Source: Cylindrospermopsis raciborskii Cr2010
GTDB taxonomy: Bacteria; Cyanobacteriota; Cyanobacteriia; Cyanobacteriales; Nostocaceae
Length of the DNA: 32,000 nucleotides
Reading direction: 5' to 3'
Assembly (NCBI RefSeq): GCF_003367075.2
Contig: NZ_CP065936.1
Coordinates: 630,001-662,000 of the forward strand
Shown here: positions 26,666-32,000 of the stretch, piece by piece
How the letters are laid out: every line of letters begins with the position of its first letter
How positions within the stretch are numbered: the first letter of the stretch is position 1
Program-made: the position numbers and the translations under genes
Notes under the pieces: generated by a model
The model's database searches: none
Seen by the model: only the letters and a program-made list of their open reading frames with translations
What the model was told of the DNA's origin: nothing

Positions 26666-27703
26666 ATGGCCAAATGGTTGAAAACAGCAATTGATATCTT
26701 GTTGAAGATGGGAACCTCCCTCCTATCCCACTTAAAAGCTAACTTCAAGCGCTACCTGGAGAAAATAGACAGGGATGTTACTCCTTCTGCGGGAAAATCA
26801 TATCCTTACAATAAGTGTGCTCAATCCCAGCTAGCTGGACCAGTACATAATTTAGGGGGTGGTGGTGTGGATGTGGACGATGGAATTCAATGGATGATCA
26901 ATCAAGTTAGAGGTGGTGACAACTCTGACCAAAAAGTGAATGTTTTGGTTGTTCGTGCTAGTGGAAATGATAACTACAACGAACTAATTTATCGCATGCG
27001 AGGAGTAAATTATGTAAAAACCCTAATTGTTAAAAACCGACAAGAGGCTAATAGAAATGATATTTTTGATCAGGTCAGAAATGCTGGAGTAATTTTCTTT
27101 GCAGGTGGGGATCAATGTGAATATATACGTCACTGGAAAAATACCAAATTGGAAGCTGCAATCAAATCAGTTTATGATAAGGGAGGAGCGGTGGGTGGAA
27201 CAAGTGCAGGAGCAATGATTCAAAGCGAGTTTGTTTATGATTCTTGTGCTTGCGAGGAGAGTATTGAAACTTGGGAAGCACTTAGTGATCCCTACAGGAA
27301 TATCACCTTTACTTATAACTTTTTCCAATGGAAGTATTTAAAAAGGACTGTAATTGACACTCATTTTGATGAACGTAAACGTATGGGGAGAATTATGGTC
27401 TTTATTGCACGACAAATACAAGATGGTATATCTAAAGATGCTTTAGGTATAGCTATTAGTGAGCAAACATCTTTATTAGTAGACAAAAATGGTATGGCCA
27501 AAGTAGCGGGAAGGGGTGCAGTCTATTTCGTGCTAGGAGATCATCCCCCCCAAGTCTGTCAACCCGGTCAACCGCTGACTTACCATGAGTATAAAATTTG
27601 GCGTTTGATTCGAGGTGAAACCTTTAATTTAAAGCATCCACCATCCACCGGGTATTATTTCAGAAGTGTGAAACGGGGTAAATTTGATCGTGACCCCTAC
27701 TAG
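26666..27703 (+). CDS. peptidase S51 family protein (cyanophycinase-like)
   Basis: VIFFAGGDQCEY...GGAVGGTSAGAMIQ (nucleophile-Ser motif GTSAG) and IDTHFDERKRMGRIMVFIAR. The ORF track starts at a TTG (26624); the first ATG is at 26666. Confidence 0.75.
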   Translation: MAKWLKTAIDILLKMGTSLLSHLKANFKRYLEKIDRDVTPSAGKSYPYNKCAQSQLAGPVHNLGGGGVDVDDGIQWMINQVRGGDNSDQKVNVLVVRASGNDNYNELIYRMRGVNYVKTLIVKNRQEANRNDIFDQVRNAGVIFFAGGDQCEYIRHWKNTKLEAAIKSVYDKGGAVGGTSAGAMIQSEFVYDSCACEESIETWEALSDPYRNITFTYNFFQWKYLKRTVIDTHFDERKRMGRIMVFIARQIQDGISKDALGIAISEQTSLLVDKNGMAKVAGRGAVYFVLGDHPPQVCQPGQPLTYHEYKIWRLIRGETFNLKHPPSTGYYFRSVKRGKFDRDPY

Positions 27704-27743
27704 CTTCCCACGTGGTAAATCTCGGGAGATATTCCGATGTAAA

Positions 27744-28724
27744 TTACTGTATTTGTAATACTGTTAGGTATAAATTCTTTCTGGTTTCTGTTTTTAAAAA
27801 TTCCATTTGTAAGGGTTGCCATTGCTGCCATAATTGATAGCGATTGGTAGCTAGGATGGTCATCATTTCAGTTAAACTGGATTCGCCTTCTGATTTATAG
27901 ATATCTAACAACCACTTGTTTAAAACCATGCTATCTTGCAGATTACCCAAAATTTCTTGAACTTGTTTAATTTGCCCAAGCTGTTGTGTGAATGATTGTT
28001 GGTATAGGTCGTCAAATAAATCTATTTGATAGCGGACTCTTTTGGCCTGTTTTCGCAGGTCATGGAGAGTTTCTCCCTGGATTTTTAGGCTTTTTTCTAG
28101 CTCTTCAGGAGTCCATTTTATTGATGTAATCCCAGCTGTATCTAGGGTTCTCGTACCAATTATCCATCCTGGATGTAATAGAAATCTACTGATTTGTGGT
28201 AGGAGGAGTTCTGGTACTGCTTGCTGGATTTGTAACTGTGCTAAAGGATTGTATATGGGGTTTTTTAGCCACTCCAGCAAGTCCTGTTTAAAGGATTTAT
28301 ATAGTTCCGATTTGAAGATTTTCTGCACCGATAAACAGACTGATTCTCGCTCTTGAGATATGGCAGAAAAAGCCCTTTCTAAAGAACTTTGTTGATGGGG
28401 TGATAGGTATGGTTCATAGTCCCGCTCCAGAATTTCTTTTAACACATCTAAATCCCTGAGCTTTCCTAAAGTTCTGGCAATTTTACCAATACTTTGATCA
28501 TTCACGGATGAAGGTAGATCTAAAAAAGAACTAAAACTAGTAACGGCAGTACGTAAACGACGCATTCCTACTCGCATTTGGTGTAATGCTCTAGGATCCT
28601 TGTCTTTCTTGACCGATTTTTCATATTCAAGGGTTTTCTCAGCGATTTTCGTCAATGCTTGATGTGCCAAGTATCCTAAGCTTGTTGCTGATAATTTTGT
28701 CACAGATGTGGTGATTAGTTTCAT
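27744..28724 (-). CDS. CHAD domain-containing protein
   Basis: 326 aa, all-helical, with the paired CHAD motifs ALHQMRVGMRRLRTAV...LGKLRDLDVL and LHDLRKQAKRVRYQIDLF. Its ATG overlaps the upstream gene's TGA (ATGA). Confidence 0.8.
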   Translation of the reverse strand: MKLITTSVTKLSATSLGYLAHQALTKIAEKTLEYEKSVKKDKDPRALHQMRVGMRRLRTAVTSFSSFLDLPSSVNDQSIGKIARTLGKLRDLDVLKEILERDYEPYLSPHQQSSLERAFSAISQERESVCLSVQKIFKSELYKSFKQDLLEWLKNPIYNPLAQLQIQQAVPELLLPQISRFLLHPGWIIGTRTLDTAGITSIKWTPEELEKSLKIQGETLHDLRKQAKRVRYQIDLFDDLYQQSFTQQLGQIKQVQEILGNLQDSMVLNKWLLDIYKSEGESSLTEMMTILATNRYQLWQQWQPLQMEFLKTETRKNLYLTVLQIQ

Positions 28725-29125
28725 AAATTAGTCGAAATAGCTTGTAATGGACACGAAGAAATACACTGCTCACAGACAATACACCGCGATCGCGTAAATG
28801 TTAATTTGTATGTTTCTCGGTTCAAAGATAATGCTTCCGTAGGACAAACCCCTGTACACAGTCCACAGTCAACACATAGTTGATCATCAATAACTATTTC
28901 ACCCAAATTATGAGAAACAGCAATATGTTGCGATCGCATCCAGTCAATAGCTGCATCTAACTGGTCAATATCACCTGATAATTCCACCACCAGTTTACCA
29001 ATTTGATTAGGAGCAACCTGAGCGCGGATAATGTTAGCAGCTACGTTAAAATCCCTCGCCAGTCGGTAAGTAACAGGGATCTGAATTGCACGTTTAGGAA
29101 AGGTCAGGGTCACTCGTTTCTTCAT
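28721..29125 (-). CDS. NIL-domain protein fused to a 2x[4Fe-4S] ferredoxin domain
   Basis: NIL-like VTLTFPKRAIQIPVTYRLARDFNVAANIIRAQV...GKLVVELSGD, then CVDCGLCTGVCP and CIVCEQCISSCP. The ATG at 29125 (MKKRV) is preferred to 29137. Confidence 0.8.
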   Translation of the reverse strand: MKKRVTLTFPKRAIQIPVTYRLARDFNVAANIIRAQVAPNQIGKLVVELSGDIDQLDAAIDWMRSQHIAVSHNLGEIVIDDQLCVDCGLCTGVCPTEALSLNRETYKLTFTRSRCIVCEQCISSCPLQAISTNL

Positions 29126-29209
29126 AGAAAAAACCACATTTGGCTAAATTTGATAAACTAGATCTGGAAAATGCCTAATTGCCTAATAATAATTATTAAT
29201 AAATAAACC

Positions 29210-29794
29210 ATGATTCCAGATGCACCCCTTGATCCCAACACCCCCACCCAGTCAACCCTGGGAAATCGGGTCAGAAACTTCCTCATAGTAATTGTAGCGA
29301 TCGCCCTCACTGGACTCTTATTTTTAGGACTGAGAAACCAAACCAGTGCGGTTTCCCTTCAGGAACTAGACCAAGCATCTACCCCTTTAGAGATGGCCAT
29401 AACCAACAATCGACCCAGTCTAGTAGAATTTTACGCTGACTGGTGTACAGTTTGCCAAAAGATGGCACCGGACATAGCAAAATTGAAAGATAAATATGGT
29501 GACAAGATGAATTTTGTCATGTTGAATGTGGATAATAGCAAATGGTTGCCAGAAATGCTTAAATATCGAGTGGATGGCATACCCCACTTCGTCTTTTTAG
29601 GTAACCAGGGGGAAACTATAGCCGAAGCGATTGGTGATACACCTCGTACCATTATGGATAGTAACCTGGACGCATTAATCAAAGGTTCTCCCCTTCCATA
29701 CGCTCAAATGAATGGCAGAGCTTCTGGGTTTTCTGCTCCAGCTTCAACTAATCAAGACGATCCTCGTAGTCATGGTGGACAAGTAGTTAATTAG
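29210..29794 (+). CDS. txlA: membrane-anchored thioredoxin-like protein (TxlA type)
   Basis: 194 aa with a TM anchor (FLIVIVAIALTGLLFLGL) and a thioredoxin fold with VEFYADWCTVCQKMAP...VDGIPHFVFL. Confidence 0.8.
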   Translation: MIPDAPLDPNTPTQSTLGNRVRNFLIVIVAIALTGLLFLGLRNQTSAVSLQELDQASTPLEMAITNNRPSLVEFYADWCTVCQKMAPDIAKLKDKYGDKMNFVMLNVDNSKWLPEMLKYRVDGIPHFVFLGNQGETIAEAIGDTPRTIMDSNLDALIKGSPLPYAQMNGRASGFSAPASTNQDDPRSHGGQVVN

Positions 29795-29873
29795 TTAATA
29801 ATTAGTTAATTAATTATTAGAGTGGGAATGGGGAATAATAAAATTTGTTAAAACAATTCTAAAAACTAAAATT

Positions 29874-30953
29874 ATGATTGGTGTAGCAATAGTTGGGAGT
29901 GGATTCGGACAAAAGGTACATATTCCTGCATTTAGTTCCCATCACAAAACTAAAATATTCAGTATTTATCACAGAGATATCAAGCAAGCCCATTCTTTAG
30001 CGAGAGCTTATGATATCCCCCACCATAGCGACAATCTAGAAGAAATTTTGGCATTACCAGAAGTGCAAGCGGTGAGTATATCCACACCACCGTTTTTACA
30101 TTACCCCATGGGTAAACAAGTATTAGCAGCGGGTAAACACCTCTTATTAGAAAAACCGACCACCCTAAATGTAACTCAAGCTAAGGAACTATATCAACTA
30201 GCAAAGGAAAAAAACATTATTGCCACGGTAGATTTTGAATTTCGTTTTGTTCCAGCATGGCAATATTTACATCAGTTATTAAATGACAACTATGTAGGAA
30301 ATATTAGACTAATTAAAATTGATTGGTTAGGGTCATCTCGTGCTAACACAGATCGTCCTTGGAATTGGTACTCCCAACAAGAGCAGGGTGGTGGAGTTTT
30401 AGGTTCCTTAGGTTCCCATGCGTTTGATTATATTAACTGGTTATTTGGAGAGGTGACAAGACTTAATGCTTACTTAACCACAGCAATTACCCAAAGAAGA
30501 GATCCAGTGGATGGAGAGTTAAAGGTAGTGAACAGTGATGATAATTGTTTAATTTCATTAGAGCTAGAGGAAGGAATACCTTGTCAAGTTTGTATTAGTG
30601 CAGTAGTGCAAGCCAAGAGAACTCATGCTATCGAAGTGTATGGAGACAAAGGGACATTAATTATAGCGAGTGAGAATCAAAAGGATTATATTTATGGGTT
30701 TAGAGTTTGGGGTTGTGAAATTGGGGGAAGTTTCACCGAATTGGAGATTCCTAAACAATTATTATTTCCCCAAGACTACACTGATGGTAGGATTAGTGCA
30801 TTTTTGCGAGTTGTAGACCAATGGGTGAATGGAATAGAAACCCAAAAGGAGATTGTTCCGTCATTGAAACAGGGAGTTTATTCCCAACTGTTGATGGATC
30901 TGTGTCATCAATCATCTCATTCCAGAACCTGGGTAGACGTGCCAAGTTGGTAA
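29874..30953 (+). CDS. Gfo/Idh/MocA-family NAD(P)-dependent oxidoreductase
   Basis: 359 aa with an N-terminal Rossmann fold (MIGVAIVGSGFGQKVHIPAF) and LLLEKPTTLNVTQAKEL. Confidence 0.85.
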   Translation: MIGVAIVGSGFGQKVHIPAFSSHHKTKIFSIYHRDIKQAHSLARAYDIPHHSDNLEEILALPEVQAVSISTPPFLHYPMGKQVLAAGKHLLLEKPTTLNVTQAKELYQLAKEKNIIATVDFEFRFVPAWQYLHQLLNDNYVGNIRLIKIDWLGSSRANTDRPWNWYSQQEQGGGVLGSLGSHAFDYINWLFGEVTRLNAYLTTAITQRRDPVDGELKVVNSDDNCLISLELEEGIPCQVCISAVVQAKRTHAIEVYGDKGTLIIASENQKDYIYGFRVWGCEIGGSFTELEIPKQLLFPQDYTDGRISAFLRVVDQWVNGIETQKEIVPSLKQGVYSQLLMDLCHQSSHSRTWVDVPSW

Positions 30954-30963
30954 TGATTGTGAC

Positions 30964-31608
30964 CTACCACACCTTGGCTTGAAAATCCTTTTTCACGTCA
31001 ATAGCTACCGAATCTCCCGCTGGACGGATTAGAAATAGACCTTGTTCTAAGGCGTATTGATCTGCTTTTTCATCCACTTTAATACCCGCCACTGCTCCAT
31101 AAAGCTTATATTTTTTATATTTAGGAAATACATCCTTGAACCGATCAAGTACTTTTATAAATCGTTTAATATCTCGTACCTTTAAGTGAGACTTAACTTC
31201 AATAGCTACAATTTGACCATCATTTTCTGCCCAAATATCAATTTCTATGGAACCTGCATAATCATGAGCTTTTACCTGAAGGGAGGTATAGTGGACATCA
31301 ATACCCTGTTCTTTAAATAATCGTACCGCAGCAGGTCTAACTAAGTTTTCTACAAACTCACCCCATCTACTAGTGATGGATCCCATATACTTATTAGTTT
31401 CAGCCACCATCTTCCTAGTTTCTTCCATAGATATACGGAATTGATCCATCTCTTCTTCATGTTTTCTTTGGCGTTGTTCATATTCTCGTTGACGTTGTTC
31501 ATATTCCCGTTGACGTTCTTGATATAGAAGTTGTTCTACTTCTCGTTGTCTTTCGCTTTCTTTAAATAGGGCAAAAATATCCGCAAGTGTAATGTTTTCG
31601 CTACTCAT
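30964..31608 (-). CDS. hypothetical PD-(D/E)XK-fold protein with a charged N-terminal coiled coil
   Basis: 214 aa. The N-terminus carries ERQREVEQLLYQERQREYEQRQREYEQRQRKHEEE. The C-terminal half carries IEIDIWAENDGQIVAIEVKSHL (D...E-x-K arrangement). From memory it resembles a multi-copy cyanobacterial family (DUF3782-like). Not verified. Confidence 0.6.
   Translation of the reverse strand: MSSENITLADIFALFKESERQREVEQLLYQERQREYEQRQREYEQRQRKHEEEMDQFRISMEETRKMVAETNKYMGSITSRWGEFVENLVRPAAVRLFKEQGIDVHYTSLQVKAHDYAGSIEIDIWAENDGQIVAIEVKSHLKVRDIKRFIKVLDRFKDVFPKYKKYKLYGAVAGIKVDEKADQYALEQGLFLIRPAGDSVAIDVKKDFQAKVW
31471..31533 (-). repeat. 21-nt tandem coding repeat (about 3 units) inside the PD-(D/E)XK-like gene
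   Basis: + strand units are GCGTTGTTCATATTCTCGTTG, ACGTTGTTCATATTCCCGTTG and ACGTTCTTGATATAGAAGTTG. They encode (Q/E)RQREYE twice plus degenerate flanking copies. Confidence 0.8.
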
Positions 31609-31865
31609 AAGTCTATAACCTTAGGTAAAAATATCTTCCATTCTAACCTATTTCGTTATTGTACACAGGAAGTGCGATCGCATGTGTATTCACAAAACTT
31701 ATTTTAAATTAAAAGTCTAGTTGTGACAATATTGTATGCAGGTCCTTAATACCCCATTGATGTCACCACAATTTTATTGGTTTTCAGACCTGTTTGAGAA
31801 AATTGGCAATTGTAGGATGGAACCGTGGTACTGTTGTTGAAGTAAATTTTACTGGTATATTGGTG

Positions 31866-32000
31866 ATGAAAATACTTTGGGCATTATTGCCAACAACCCT
31901 AATTGCGCTAAACGCAGGAGAGTTGTTCGCTCAGGAGAAATTTGCAGGAGAATTTAACGGGAATCTCCAGATTGGTAAAACCCACTCCCATGTTTTTTAT
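31866..32000 (+). CDS. 5' fragment of a hypothetical secreted protein; continues beyond the window
   Basis: The ATG at 31866 is open to the window end. MKILWALLPTTLIALNAGELFAQE looks like a signal peptide. Only 45 codons are visible. Confidence 0.35.
   Translation, partial: MKILWALLPTTLIALNAGELFAQEKFAGEFNGNLQIGKTHSHVFY

Noticed and set aside
29784-29810. TAGTTAAT iterated three times across the txlA stop codon
   Set aside because: It is a very short, AT-rich, stop-codon-rich motif, consistent with ordinary low-complexity intergenic sequence. It has no structure or coding implication.
1-32000. Search for tRNA/rRNA genes, CRISPR arrays, IS elements, integrases, and toxin-antitoxin or restriction-modification style defence cassettes
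   Set aside because: I found no regularly spaced direct repeats, no cloverleaf-like sequences in the intergenic gaps, and no transposase, integrase or recombinase-like ORFs in the six-frame track. The window reads as core chromosome.

Overview
This is a cyanobacterial chromosomal window. The evidence is roughly 40% GC by eye, 12 copies of the HIP1 octamer GCGATCGC, phycobilisome, photosystem I and PatA-type genes, and a cpcBACDEFG layout like heterocystous Nostocales. About a quarter of the window is one phycocyanin operon (cpcB-cpcA-cpcC-cpcD-cpcE-cpcF plus three tandem cpcG paralogs, 2865-9393, + strand). The rest is mostly housekeeping: cobA 3' end, rluD, asnS, rlmD-like, apcD, psaK, sufE-like, nfu, lepA, txlA, yraN, a GT4 glycosyltransferase and a Gfo/Idh/MocA oxidoreductase. 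Interspersed are signalling and uncharacterised genes: a PatA-like PATAN-receiver protein, an RsbW-like kinase, a DUF3365 heme-sensor gene next to an MscS/cNMP-like channel gene, a stand-alone cyanophycin-synthetase-like ATP-grasp, an S51 cyanophycinase-like peptidase, a NIL-ferredoxin/CHAD pair, and a PD-(D/E)XK-like protein. I found no tRNA, rRNA, CRISPR array, transposase, integrase or recognisable defence island. I cannot claim a clear new multi-gene system. The four observations most worth follow-up are: (1) a perfect 118-bp direct repeat bracketing the rlmD-like gene, whose right copy lies in the predicted apcD leader; (2) an output-less c-heme sensor gene directly upstream of an MscS channel whose cNMP-binding-like domain is interrupted and degenerate; (3) an orphan CphA G-domain-like ATP-grasp; (4) a translationally coupled NIL-4Fe4S/CHAD pair. 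All homology calls come from motif recognition by eye. No searches were run.
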